A stretch of DNA of 64,000 nt from Bacteroidota bacterium (GTDB taxonomy: Bacteria > Bacteroidota > Ignavibacteria > UBA10030 > UBA8401), in NCBI GenBank assembly GCA_041658205.1, contig JBBAAO010000002.1, forward strand, positions 55,310 through 119,309, in the 5' to 3' direction. Position numbers and translations under genes: made by a program. The notes beneath the pieces were generated by a model. It saw only the letters and a list, made by a program, of their open reading frames with translations. It was not told where the DNA came from and searched no databases. Below, piece by piece: positions 51,717-61,842 of the stretch (position 1 is the first letter of the stretch; each line of letters begins with the position of its first letter).

Positions 51717-51827
51717 TACGTGCTCCTCATGAAGATGACAAAATGTTTTGATTATGCTGCGAAAATATAGCCACGCATTTCGAAAGAAGCAAAGAATAGA
51801 AATGTGTTGATAACACTATATTCTCAA

Positions 51828-51864
51828 CAAAAAAAAATCGCTCCAATGTATGGCAAAGGAGCGA
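51828..51864 (-). terminator. rho-independent terminator downstream of the BI-1 gene
   Basis: Minus-strand stem tcgctcc/ggagcga with 12-nt loop, followed by a 9-10 T run. Confidence 0.55.
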
Positions 51865-51894
51865 AGAATTTACTGTATAGCAGATGAAACAGTA

Positions 51895-52638
51895 TTATTT
51901 TCTGCTGTTTAATTTTGCAAGTAATCGCAGGATTTCAATGTAAAGCCAGATGAGAGTAACCATCAATCCAAATGCAGCGAACCATTCCATAAATTTGGGT
52001 GCACCATGTTCCACCCCTTTTTCAATGAAATCAAAATCTAAAACGAGATTCAATGCTGCGATCACCACCGTGACCAAACTGAATCCAACACCGACCCATC
52101 CGTTCTCGTGAATATACGGGATTGATGTACCAAATAAACTCATAATCCATCCCACAAAGTAAATCAATGCAATTCCGCCAGTTGCGGCAAAAACACCGAG
52201 TTTGAAATTTTCAGTCGCTTTAATGACGCCGGATGTATATGCAATCAACAGGCACCCGGCGGTTCCAAACGTCAATGCAACTGCCTGAATGACGATTCCT
52301 GAATAGATCGATTCTAAGAATGCAGAAAGTCCTCCAAGAGCGAAGCCTTGCAATACTGAATACAACGGTGCGGTAACCGGCGACCATGTTTTTTTATAGA
52401 TCGTCACAACCGAGGTAATCAATCCCCCAAAAAATCCGATCATCATCCACATCATCATGGATTCGGTATTGCCATCCGCAAACAAGCTCCAAGTATATGC
52501 CGCACCGGCAACAACCAGCAGAAGCATCATGCCTGTTTTGTTTACCGTTCCCTGTAACGTCATAGCATCGGTATATTCTCCCGTACCAATGTGTTGAAAT
52601 GTTTTATCGTTCAATGCCGGGTTAGCTGTGCGCATCAT
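51895..52638 (-). CDS. Bax inhibitor-1/YccA family membrane protein
   Basis: 247 aa, 7 TM, BI-1 family composition. Confidence 0.75.
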   Translation of the reverse strand: MMRTANPALNDKTFQHIGTGEYTDAMTLQGTVNKTGMMLLLVVAGAAYTWSLFADGNTESMMMWMMIGFFGGLITSVVTIYKKTWSPVTAPLYSVLQGFALGGLSAFLESIYSGIVIQAVALTFGTAGCLLIAYTSGVIKATENFKLGVFAATGGIALIYFVGWIMSLFGTSIPYIHENGWVGVGFSLVTVVIAALNLVLDFDFIEKGVEHGAPKFMEWFAAFGLMVTLIWLYIEILRLLAKLNSRK

Positions 52639-52657
52639 AATAATTGGTCCTCTTCTG

Positions 52658-54004
52658 TTAACGTAATAAGATCATTTTTTTTGTTTGTGTGAAATTTTTT
52701 ACTTCCAATCGGTAAAAATATGTTCCGGACGCTGCCTCTTCGTCGCTTTCGATTCTTCCATCCCACGAGACTTTAACCATCCCTTTTTTCGCTTGATCGC
52801 TGAAGAGTGTTTTAATCCACGCACCGGTAATATCATAGACGGAAATCGTGGCGAACCCATCTTCCGGAATAGAAAATTCGATGGTGGTCTGCGGATTGAA
52901 CGGATTCGGATAATTCTGCTGCAACGAAGTTGATGACGGAACGCTTTCTGCTGTTTGCCTTACGCCGATTGTTGCATCGGATGAATATTTCCAAACACCA
53001 GAACCGGAAACATACATCAATGAATCGTTCATCTTTCGAAATCGATTCAAACTGTTTCCAATGGTGATGGATGTCCAGGTTGTTCCACCGTCTGTCGTTT
53101 GTTTCGGAGCGAGGGAAGTTCCGCCGGCCCAGCCAAGTGTATCATTCAAAAAACCAATTCCCTGCACAAAATACCCGGAAGCGGAAAATTGCTTGGGCAC
53201 CCATGTCAGCCCGCCGTCCGTTGTTTTCAAAATGAAGACTGGAGCAACATTGCTGTTCCGTTGAAGACTGACGTAACCAATCTTTCGGGAAGGGAAGTTG
53301 ATCTTCCATGCCCATTCATTCGTTCTCGTAGCAACATAAACTGTGTCCCATGTTTCACCTGCATCGGCGGTAGAGAGGATGATAGCGCGCGATTTTTCAT
53401 GTGTGGTATCGGTGAGCCCAATGGTGATTCCGGAATCTTTTGTAAAAAATCGGACATCAATTAAACCTGCCGCATATGCTTTCATATCCTTGGCAATCCA
53501 CGTTGCTCCGCGATCGGTCGTCTTATAAAACCAAGCCGGACCGCGGACTCTGCCGACGCCGTATATGATGGAATCATCGACGACATGCATTCCGCAAAAA
53601 CCACGTTCAAAAGTTTTGCTTGTCAGTTGATGTTCCGGATTCCAGTTCAATCCGCCGTTCGTGGTTTTGTACAGAATCACCGTATCCTTTGCGTTTGGAT
53701 TATTCACATCTCCCCAGCCAAGCGCGCCGGCATAGCCATTCAGCGAATCAAAAAAGCCAATGGAACGGAAATGAGTAAATGTTCCCTTATTCAACTGTCG
53801 GGTCCATGTGATGCCACCATCTGTCGTTCGGTGGATCTGGCCTATTCCATTTGCCACAAAACCAATCTGCGGATTTACGAAGAAAATATCGTTAATTCGG
53901 GATGAATTTGCCGTATAATCGAAATTCGTCTTCTTCCACGAACGCGACTGCTGAGCGGACACCGTGATGAAGAGAAAGAACAAAAGCACAAAAATATTTT
54001 TCAT
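52658..54004 (-). CDS. secreted BNR/Ycf48-like repeat protein with T9SS C-terminal sorting domain
   Basis: Signal peptide; 'TTDGGxTW' repeats; C-terminal 'SLQQNYPNPFNPQTTIEFSIP...MILLR'. Confidence 0.7.
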   Translation of the reverse strand: MKNIFVLLFFLFITVSAQQSRSWKKTNFDYTANSSRINDIFFVNPQIGFVANGIGQIHRTTDGGITWTRQLNKGTFTHFRSIGFFDSLNGYAGALGWGDVNNPNAKDTVILYKTTNGGLNWNPEHQLTSKTFERGFCGMHVVDDSIIYGVGRVRGPAWFYKTTDRGATWIAKDMKAYAAGLIDVRFFTKDSGITIGLTDTTHEKSRAIILSTADAGETWDTVYVATRTNEWAWKINFPSRKIGYVSLQRNSNVAPVFILKTTDGGLTWVPKQFSASGYFVQGIGFLNDTLGWAGGTSLAPKQTTDGGTTWTSITIGNSLNRFRKMNDSLMYVSGSGVWKYSSDATIGVRQTAESVPSSTSLQQNYPNPFNPQTTIEFSIPEDGFATISVYDITGAWIKTLFSDQAKKGMVKVSWDGRIESDEEAASGTYFYRLEVKNFTQTKKMILLR

Positions 54005-54162
54005 GGCATTTCAATTGTGACAACACGAAGAGGTGTATCAATACATCATCAGGTTACCGAAAAATATTTTCTTATTCAACCTCTTGCCCTAAATATAAAA
54101 ATATGGTATACTCGCATCAGCAACTAACCCACTTATTTTCCAAACTACTTACAGGAGTTACA

Positions 54163-54669
54163 ATGAATAAATTATTCAAAAAAATTGTTGTTGCAATGCT
54201 CATCGCGACAATGGCCGTTATGTCCGTTGGATGCTATGGATCATTTGCACTGACAAAAAAAGTGTATAACTGGAACGGATCATTGGGTAACAAGTGGGTA
54301 GTAGAATTAGTGTTCTTGGCATGCTACGTTGTTCCGGTGTATGGAATTGCCGGATTCATCGATACAGTTATCTTAAACTCTCTTGAATTCTGGACCGGCA
54401 CCAATCCCATGACTTCGAACGTTACATCGGAAGACGGAACAACCGTTGCTTTTAACAAAGAAAAGAATGAAATGACCGTCTCCTACGGCGGAAAATCATT
54501 CACCATTACCCGCGAAGAAGGGAAATCCACGGTGAAAGATTCCGAAGGAAACGTTCTTGCATACGCAGTGAGCGATGCAAACGGTAACATGAATATTGTT
54601 GATGTAAACGGAAACGTGTTGAGCAGCTACAGTAACGCGGAAGTTTCATCGATGATCGCAAGCAAATAA
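54163..54669 (+). CDS. DUF3332-family lipoprotein
   Basis: 'SVGCYGSFALTKKVYNWNGSLGNKWV' matches the DUF3332 N-terminal signature; start chosen at MNKLF. Confidence 0.6.
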   Translation: MNKLFKKIVVAMLIATMAVMSVGCYGSFALTKKVYNWNGSLGNKWVVELVFLACYVVPVYGIAGFIDTVILNSLEFWTGTNPMTSNVTSEDGTTVAFNKEKNEMTVSYGGKSFTITREEGKSTVKDSEGNVLAYAVSDANGNMNIVDVNGNVLSSYSNAEVSSMIASK

Positions 54670-54702
54670 ATTTTGCTGCAATTTTTCAAAGGAGAACTGA
54701 TT

Positions 54703-55077
54703 TCAGTTCTCCTTTGTCATTTTAAAGCCAGCATACAGAAGAACACCCCAACCCGCAAGAAATGCAATACCACCGAACGGTGTGATCATTCCGAACGATC
54801 GGATTCCTGTCAACGAAAGAAGATAGAGACTGCCGCTGAACAATAAGATGCCGAGTCCAAACAATCGTCCCGCAAGTATTGCGACAGGAACTTTTTCGAC
54901 AAGTACAGCAACAATCAGTATCGCAAACGCGTGATACATATGGTAACGAACAGCCGTTTCAAAAACGGTGAGCATGTCGGGCGGGAGAATGTTTTTTAAT
55001 CCGTGTGCGCCAAACGCACCAAGCGCAACACCAAAAAAGGCGAAGAGAGATCCGAGTAATAAGAATGTTCTTTTCAT
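54703..55077 (-). CDS. DUF423 (YgdD-like) membrane protein
   Basis: 124 aa; 'GVALGAFGAHGLK' hallmark. Confidence 0.8.
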   Translation of the reverse strand: MKRTFLLLGSLFAFFGVALGAFGAHGLKNILPPDMLTVFETAVRYHMYHAFAILIVAVLVEKVPVAILAGRLFGLGILLFSGSLYLLSLTGIRSFGMITPFGGIAFLAGWGVLLYAGFKMTKEN

Positions 55078-55268
55078 AAATATGATAATTGTATTTTGTT
55101 TTTAGTATAGATCCTTCAACTCATCCTGAATTTTTTTTGGGACTTTCTCAGGATGTTTTTTTCCCTTTGTATAAAGCAGATCGTTTTTAAAGCTGGTGAT
55201 GAATTGTACACCAACATCCACAATCTGTTATCTAACAATCTGATCTCTCTTTGCGCTCATGCGAAGCG

Positions 55269-57515
55269 TTACAACATCCCACTCTGCTTTCTGAGCAGCC
55301 ATTCAACGCCGAATAAGAGAACGATAATTGTTAGGAATGTCGGCAGATTCCATAATTCAAATTCTTGCGTTCGTGTTTGTTCCTGCATCTGCATCTCTTT
55401 TCGGGAAAGGATCTTTTCCACTAACGAAGTAAATCCGTCAACATCGGAATACATCCCTCCGGATGCGGAAGCAAGCTGTTTCATCAACGACTTATTCATT
55501 TTCGTTTCTGCAAATTCAATCGATTGCTCGCCGACAGAAATTCTTCCGTTTGTCGATCCAAGCGTATCACCATTGGCAAGAGCAACTGCGGAATAGCTGA
55601 ATTCTCCTTCTGAAAGAGTTTCAATAATTCCTTCGTATAGTCCGGTACCGATTGACGATAGCGTGGTTTCATATCGTTCATTGTTCTTATGCGAACGGAT
55701 GGAAATAAACACTTCCGCATTGTCCACCGGTTGATAACTTTGATTATACACCTGCGCAGCAAAGTCTATCTGTTCGCCTTGTGTATAAAATTCCTTTGAT
55801 GGTTCAACACGGAAGAAGGAATCCTGCTCTCGAGTGGCAAGCCATCGGATGAGCGATATGAACCATTGATCGAAAAAATTCTTTGTTTCACCAGACGAAC
55901 CGGCGAGCACTTTCCAGCGATGCAATCCGTAACCGGCAAATGCTGCGGATTTAATGTTGCCGATTGTGCGGATAAGAAAAAGGGGATTTGTCAAGGGAAC
56001 ATTTTGAATCCTAACAGAAAGAAGCTGCTGCGCTTCCGGTTTTGCCAAGAACGTCGGCAAGGAATAGAAGATCGGCGGAAGTTTTTCTATCATCGATCCG
56101 TTATTCTGCAATAATTGATGGAACATGTATTTCTCAGAAACAGTCGGTAGAATCATCTGTTCATCGATCCGATCCGAAGCAACAGTGAACGGGAAAAATT
56201 TCTCCAACAACCGTACCTTCTGAAGATCGAGCGTTCTTCCTGCAATAAAAAGGACCGGAAGGGAGCGCGAGGAGAGTATTTGTTGAAACTGTTGGATAAA
56301 CGACGACGAAGTAGAGGAAACCGGGAACCCGATCGTGACGACTGCATCTGCTTTTGTCAGTGAAGATTGGATCTCCAAATTCTCTTTTTGGGATTTGAAT
56401 TCACCGTTTGGAAGTTGATAAAAAAGATTTGCGTTGATGTTCTTTTCACTATTCAGCGCCTGCATTACCGCGGCAACGTCAGGACTTACCATGCCGGCGA
56501 TAATGACAACATTCATTTTATTTTTAAGAATTTTCACTAACGCAGATCGGCTGTTGTTCTTCGTAGTCAATTCTCCTTCTACACCGGACACCGCAACGGA
56601 TAATTTTTTTACACCGTCAGTTGCTGAGATGTAAGAAAATTGGAGAGGAATTTCTGTAATTCCATTGGATGCCGGAATAGCGGCTGTCTGCTCTGCAATT
56701 TTTTTTCCGTCTTCCAATAACGATACGGAGATTGTTCGCGCAGAAATACCCGATGCTTTTATTGTTGCATCAACAGGAATTGCTGCATCCACATAACCGA
56801 TGGAGTTCGCAAGGAGTTTTGAAACGGAAATATCTTTTTGTTCATTTGTGTCTCCCACACCAACGGTAAAGAGTGGTATCCTGCTTTTCTCCGCATCATA
56901 GAGTGGATTTGATCCTGCATTATAATTTCCATCTGATACTAAAATAATTCCGCGCAGATCGTCGATTGTTTTTAATGAGGTTTGTATTGCAGAGGAGATG
57001 TTTGTTGTTCCTCCGTTTATGTTGAGCGATTCCGGGATTAACGTTGTTGTGGAGTATGAAAACGAAAACATTTTCAGATCAACCGAACCGGAAAGTTTTT
57101 CGACGGCATCGCTTTGAAGCAATGATGTCACTGTTTTTTCTCGATTTCCCGCTCCGTCCGTTTGGGACATGCTCAATGAGTTATCAACAAGCAATGCAAT
57201 AGAGGGTCGTTTATTTTCCGTAAAGATCAGTTGAAATAGCGGCTCGCAAATTGCCAGAAGAATAAATGTTAGCGCTGTTCCTCGAAGAAACACTAGAATC
57301 ATGCGCTTCGCAGTGGAAACCTGGGGAACGGTATAGCGGTACAGGTAATGCGATACCGTAAACGATACAACAATAAAAACGAAAACAAGATAGAGCGGTA
57401 ATTGAAAAGAAAGATTCATACTGCAACAAATGTACAATAAAAATCCCCAAGACCAAGGGATTGAGGATGAAAAATCAGCCGGTCTTTCGTTGGAACGGCT
57501 TGTCAGACGGTCCAA
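55269..57515 (-). CDS. large membrane-anchored von Willebrand factor A domain protein (BatA-like N-terminal double TM)
   Basis: Two N-terminal TM helices, MIDAS 'LLVDNSLSMS', C-terminal TM; likely starts at an internal Met (MNLSF...). Confidence 0.55.
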   Translation of the reverse strand: MDRLTSRSNERPADFSSSIPWSWGFLLYICCSMNLSFQLPLYLVFVFIVVSFTVSHYLYRYTVPQVSTAKRMILVFLRGTALTFILLAICEPLFQLIFTENKRPSIALLVDNSLSMSQTDGAGNREKTVTSLLQSDAVEKLSGSVDLKMFSFSYSTTTLIPESLNINGGTTNISSAIQTSLKTIDDLRGIILVSDGNYNAGSNPLYDAEKSRIPLFTVGVGDTNEQKDISVSKLLANSIGYVDAAIPVDATIKASGISARTISVSLLEDGKKIAEQTAAIPASNGITEIPLQFSYISATDGVKKLSVAVSGVEGELTTKNNSRSALVKILKNKMNVVIIAGMVSPDVAAVMQALNSEKNINANLFYQLPNGEFKSQKENLEIQSSLTKADAVVTIGFPVSSTSSSFIQQFQQILSSRSLPVLFIAGRTLDLQKVRLLEKFFPFTVASDRIDEQMILPTVSEKYMFHQLLQNNGSMIEKLPPIFYSLPTFLAKPEAQQLLSVRIQNVPLTNPLFLIRTIGNIKSAAFAGYGLHRWKVLAGSSGETKNFFDQWFISLIRWLATREQDSFFRVEPSKEFYTQGEQIDFAAQVYNQSYQPVDNAEVFISIRSHKNNERYETTLSSIGTGLYEGIIETLSEGEFSYSAVALANGDTLGSTNGRISVGEQSIEFAETKMNKSLMKQLASASGGMYSDVDGFTSLVEKILSRKEMQMQEQTRTQEFELWNLPTFLTIIVLLFGVEWLLRKQSGML

Positions 57516-57525
57516 CGAAAGGGAA

Positions 57526-59550
57526 TTACTTTATCAGCATCATTCGTTTTGTTTCGACAAAATTTTCTGATCGTAATCGATAGAAATAAACTCCGCTGGC
57601 AAACGCGCTGCCGTTAAACGGCACAGCATATTTTCCATAGGATTTTACTTCGTTCACTAATGTTGCCACTTCTCTTCCAAGCAGATCGTATACAACAAGT
57701 GAAACATAACCCGATTTTGGAAGATCGTAACCGATCGTTGTTGCCGGGTTAAAAGGATTGGGATAATTTTGCTGTAACGAAAATGTCACGGGAACGGGAT
57801 CGACAGGTGTAACTCCCGTTGTTCCTGTCTTTGCATCGTACAAATCCGTCGGTGCAGTGTATGGACTGGTGCGGGAAACATTTGTTGCATCAACTGCACG
57901 AACATAGAAACGAGGAGTTGTCAGCAATTTTGGAACTACCGCAGAATATTTTCCTGAATTTGTTGCGGTGTCAACAATTTCGCCCAGTGTCATTGGTATT
58001 GTTGTAAAGGTCAGTCCATTATCTACTGTGTAAAGTATACGGATAGAATCTTTTTTTACCACCGATTTTGAAACAACAAACACTCCAATGGAATAATTAC
58101 TATCCTGCGTCAAAGAAATTTCCGGATCAGTGCTGATAACCATTCCATTGTTCAGGACAGCTTTATAGGCGTTAATAATTCCCCAGCCGATGGAGTTATT
58201 TGGTTTGTCTGCATTGCTTGCTGTTGTTCGTAATGCATCGCGAACTTGTATCGGCGTCAGTTCCGGATGCGCGGAAAGAATCATTGCAGAAACTCCGGCC
58301 ACGAGAGGTGTTGCCAGGGACGTTCCTTGTGAGGAACCGGTATAACCCGTTTTGCTCGCTGTCGCAGCGTATGTCCCGATTCCATGCGCCATCACATCCG
58401 GTTTCATCCTGCCGTCAGATGTTGGTCCGTTTGAACTGAATCCGGCAAGAATACCAGAACCACTCACTGCACCGACGGAAATAATACTATCCGCATCTGC
58501 CGGTGTTGTCAGAGATGGGGGATTGAGATTTGCTCCTTCGTTTCCCATTGCATTCACAACTACAACACCTTTGCGTGCAGCAATCGTTGCCGCTTTCGAA
58601 GTGGTCGCTGTTTTTCCATTCATATCGGTATATACGTAACTTTTTTGGCCAGCGTCAAATTCTTTATATCCAAGAGAACTGCTGACGACATCAACACCCC
58701 GTGCTTCCATCCATTCAATTGCTGCAACCCAATTATCTTCTTCAACATTTGTTTCGGATGGAACATATTCTGTCTTTCCAAGAATAAAGTTTGCGTTAAA
58801 CGCAGGACTCACTAATTGTCCATCTTTATATGCTCCGACTAACGACATTGTAGAAGTCCCGTGTGAATCTTGTGATAATCCATCAGTCCCTTCGTTCGCC
58901 GTATTGGTATCTTTTTGAATAAAGTCGTACTCCGCAATTACTTTCATGTTCTGCATCGCTTCGTGGATCTTCCAACGAAATCCGGTATCCAACATTCCCA
59001 CCAGCACCCCGCGTCCTGAAATACCAATATTGTGCACTGCAATTGCATTAATAGCTGTCATATGAGATTGTGAAAGACCGTACACAAATTTGCCGGCTGC
59101 TTGTTTAGATAATTGTGGTATAAAGGATTCGCTCTTAGGTAATTCTTTTCGCTTAAACGTTGATACTCGTTCTACCGATTGAACAAAGGAGAGAGACTGA
59201 ACTTGTTCGTATTGAGCTTGCGAGAGATATGCCGTTGCCGCGTTGAACCATCGGGATGTATTTTCGACTGTGATCCCCTTTGCTTTTAGTTCCAAAAGAT
59301 ATGAATCCGATACTGGAAGGTCTTCGGAAGAAATATTCTGCTGCAACACTTTTGATCTCCGCAACTGAGCACGTTCTGAAATTCCAGTGAGACGCGCTAT
59401 ATCGGATGGAGATGAAGCTTTTGAAAGTGCGAGAGGTTCTTTTGCTTTGAAATAGATCCAATATTTATGCGGCTGTTCCTGCGATAATGCGAATGTCACG
59501 AAAAAAACTAAGAATCCAATAAACAATGATTTCATATATTTTCTTTCCAT
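57526..59550 (-). CDS. subtilisin-like S8 serine peptidase with T9SS C-terminal sorting domain
   Basis: Catalytic His 'HGTSTMS' and Ser 'GTSLATPLVAGV'; C-terminal 'FSLQQNYPNPFNPATTIGYDLP...MMLIK'. Confidence 0.85.
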   Translation of the reverse strand: MERKYMKSLFIGFLVFFVTFALSQEQPHKYWIYFKAKEPLALSKASSPSDIARLTGISERAQLRRSKVLQQNISSEDLPVSDSYLLELKAKGITVENTSRWFNAATAYLSQAQYEQVQSLSFVQSVERVSTFKRKELPKSESFIPQLSKQAAGKFVYGLSQSHMTAINAIAVHNIGISGRGVLVGMLDTGFRWKIHEAMQNMKVIAEYDFIQKDTNTANEGTDGLSQDSHGTSTMSLVGAYKDGQLVSPAFNANFILGKTEYVPSETNVEEDNWVAAIEWMEARGVDVVSSSLGYKEFDAGQKSYVYTDMNGKTATTSKAATIAARKGVVVVNAMGNEGANLNPPSLTTPADADSIISVGAVSGSGILAGFSSNGPTSDGRMKPDVMAHGIGTYAATASKTGYTGSSQGTSLATPLVAGVSAMILSAHPELTPIQVRDALRTTASNADKPNNSIGWGIINAYKAVLNNGMVISTDPEISLTQDSNYSIGVFVVSKSVVKKDSIRILYTVDNGLTFTTIPMTLGEIVDTATNSGKYSAVVPKLLTTPRFYVRAVDATNVSRTSPYTAPTDLYDAKTGTTGVTPVDPVPVTFSLQQNYPNPFNPATTIGYDLPKSGYVSLVVYDLLGREVATLVNEVKSYGKYAVPFNGSAFASGVYFYRLRSENFVETKRMMLIK

Positions 59551-59649
59551 TTATATAGAGAATATACAGTAATGGTGGATTGTTATCAATGAACAGTTGT
59601 TAACAAACACATTCGAGAAACGAAGTTTTTCTGTGATTTTTCGTGTTTT

Positions 59650-61389
59650 TTGACAATCGAACTGCTGAAAAAAGCCTTATCCGAATTTTTTCGATTTCAA
59701 CGGAACGGAATGACGGTTGTATCATGCAATGATGCAATTTTGTATATTAATAGAGTAACTCACCGTCAGATTCATTATTGGAAATCTATCTTGCTAAAGA
59801 ACTTTGTCTCAAAATTGAAGACGTTTTTCGGAGCAAAACCGAAAACTGTCTTACCCCCTAAATCGATCCCTCAAAAAGAAACTCCAAAACAGCACCAACA
59901 TCAGCACAAAAAATTTCCGAATGAAAAACCGAGCGGCACGCATCATCCTCGCGATCAGCGAAAAAGAGAAACGCGGGAAGAATACCGTTTGCGTCATGAA
60001 AAACAGGATCGTGAACAACAGAATACGCAAGTTCTTACGGTGGCAAAAGAAAAACCAAAAGTATTCATTCCATCGGAACCGTGGGATCCTTCTGCATTTA
60101 AAGTTCCGGTGGTTGACGGCAAAACTCGATTTCAGGATTTCGATCTTCCGCAGGAAATTTTGCATGCTATTGCCGATTTGAATTTTCAATATTGCACGCA
60201 AGTACAGGAGCAGGTCCTTCCGATCTCGATGCGCGGAGACGATGTTACTGCGCAAGCGCAGACCGGAACAGGAAAGACTGCCGCATTTTTGATCACCATT
60301 TTTTCTCACATCATCCGCAATCCCATTAAAGATCAAAAGAGAGGAACACCCCGCGCATTGATTCTGGCGCCGACACGCGAATTAGTAATGCAGATCGAAA
60401 AAGATGCCCAACTGCTTGGCAAGTTTGCGCCGTGTGCAGTTCTTTCACTCGTTGGGGGAATTGATTACAACAAACAGATGCAGAATTTGAAAAACGAAAC
60501 AGTAGACATCGTGGTTGCAACGCCGGGGCGTCTCATCGATTTTAAAAAACAGAAATATGTCGATTTGGGAAAGACGGAAATTCTCATTATCGATGAAGCG
60601 GACAGAATGTTGGATATGGGATTCATACCTGCCGTGCGAAGTATTGTTTTGAGCACACCGCAAAAATCCGAACGTCAAACAATGTTCTTTACTGCAACAA
60701 TGAATTCCGAAGTAAAGCGGCTTGCAGAATCATGGACCCGTCAGGCGATTGAAGTAACAGTCACTCCGGATACGATGGCTGTCTCTGCTATTGAACAGAT
60801 CACCTACATCACCACGAAAGACGAAAAATTTCCTCTGCTGTATAATCTAATGCAGCAGAAACAATTGGAACGGGTGTTAATCTTTGTAAACAGACGCGAC
60901 GTGGGACGGGATTTAAAAGAAAAATTAGAGACGTACGGTATTCCCTGCACGCTTCTTTCAGGCGATGTCGATCAACGGCAGCGGATTAAACGTCTTGAAA
61001 ATTTCCGCGAAGGAAAAGTACGTGTGTTGGTAGCAACCGATGTTGCTTCACGCGGGCTGCATGTGGATGCGATTTCACATGTGATCAATTATAATCTTCC
61101 ACAGGATGCCGAAGAGTTTGTTCATCGTATCGGTCGTACGGGACGCGCAGGAGCTACCGGTATTGCGATCAGTTTTGCGGATGAGGAGGATTCATACGAA
61201 ATTCCAAAACTGGAAGAATATATGAAGCGGAAAATCGAATGCATCTATCCTGATGAAACATTATTGACTCCTGTAACGGAAATATTTCCTCGCAAAGAAA
61301 TGAAGCGAGAGCGACCCGCACCGCGTCGCGATGGGAATAGAGGGAAGCGAACCGGAAGTTCCCGAAGGCCGCCGAGAAAAACCTCGTAA
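59650..61389 (+). CDS. DEAD-box ATP-dependent RNA helicase with ~160-aa basic N-terminal extension
   Basis: Q-motif region, 'AQTGTGKT', 'PTRELVMQ', 'DEAD', 'HRIGRTGRAG'. Confidence 0.9.
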   Translation: MTIELLKKALSEFFRFQRNGMTVVSCNDAILYINRVTHRQIHYWKSILLKNFVSKLKTFFGAKPKTVLPPKSIPQKETPKQHQHQHKKFPNEKPSGTHHPRDQRKRETREEYRLRHEKQDREQQNTQVLTVAKEKPKVFIPSEPWDPSAFKVPVVDGKTRFQDFDLPQEILHAIADLNFQYCTQVQEQVLPISMRGDDVTAQAQTGTGKTAAFLITIFSHIIRNPIKDQKRGTPRALILAPTRELVMQIEKDAQLLGKFAPCAVLSLVGGIDYNKQMQNLKNETVDIVVATPGRLIDFKKQKYVDLGKTEILIIDEADRMLDMGFIPAVRSIVLSTPQKSERQTMFFTATMNSEVKRLAESWTRQAIEVTVTPDTMAVSAIEQITYITTKDEKFPLLYNLMQQKQLERVLIFVNRRDVGRDLKEKLETYGIPCTLLSGDVDQRQRIKRLENFREGKVRVLVATDVASRGLHVDAISHVINYNLPQDAEEFVHRIGRTGRAGATGIAISFADEEDSYEIPKLEEYMKRKIECIYPDETLLTPVTEIFPRKEMKRERPAPRRDGNRGKRTGSSRRPPRKTS

Positions 61390-61420
61390 AAATAAATATT
61401 GGCAATAAAACATGTTAACG

Positions 61421-61440
61421 CGGGCGCTAGTCCGCGTTTT
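61421..61440 (+). terminator. intrinsic terminator after the helicase gene
   Basis: acgcgg / gcgctagt / ccgcgt hairpin followed by tttt. Confidence 0.5.
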
Positions 61441-61520
61441 GCATTTTACAATGATTGAGCTTACCTCAAGAATCAATTCTTTTTCCCGGCATAAATCCAC
61501 TTCACTGAGTAGATTCCTTT

Positions 61521-61833
61521 GTCGGCACGGACGGCAGTCCGTGCCAAAGCCCTTTTTGAAAGTTTGTCGGTGCGGACGCCAGTCCGCACCAAAGCATTTT
61601 TTTTGCAAATAATAACTTATGAGAACGATCTTCCGTTAAAAAACTCGGCGAATAAGTGCGACCGTTCCGAAAAGATCTATTATTTTTGTTTCTTTGAAGT
61701 AAACTGTCGGCACGGATGCCAGTCCGCGCCCAAGACTTTTTTTGAAAGTTTGTCGGTGCGGACACAAGTCCTCACCAAAGCATTTTTTTTTGAAGTAAGC
61801 TGTGGCATGGACGCTAGTCCGTGCAAAAGATTT
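61521..61833 (+). repeat. REP-like array: five direct copies of a GC-rich palindromic unit each followed by a T-run, in two alternating sequence variants
   Basis: Units at ~61521, 61565, 61705, 61750 and 61800 share the consensus tgtcgg[ct][ag]cgga[ct]gc[ct]agtccg[ct][ag]ccaaagc + T-run. Stems are ggcacggac/gtccgtgcc and ggtgcggac/gtccgcacc. Confidence 0.7.
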
Positions 61834-61842
61834 TAGAATTGA

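Noticed and set aside
61500-61840. Possible CRISPR array suggested by the regularly spaced palindromic repeats
   Set aside because: The repeats are not identical (two alternating variants plus degenerate copies) and spacings are irregular (~45, ~140, ~45, ~50 nt). Each unit carries its own T-run, and a RAYT gene rather than cas genes follows. REP/BIME-type repeats fit better.
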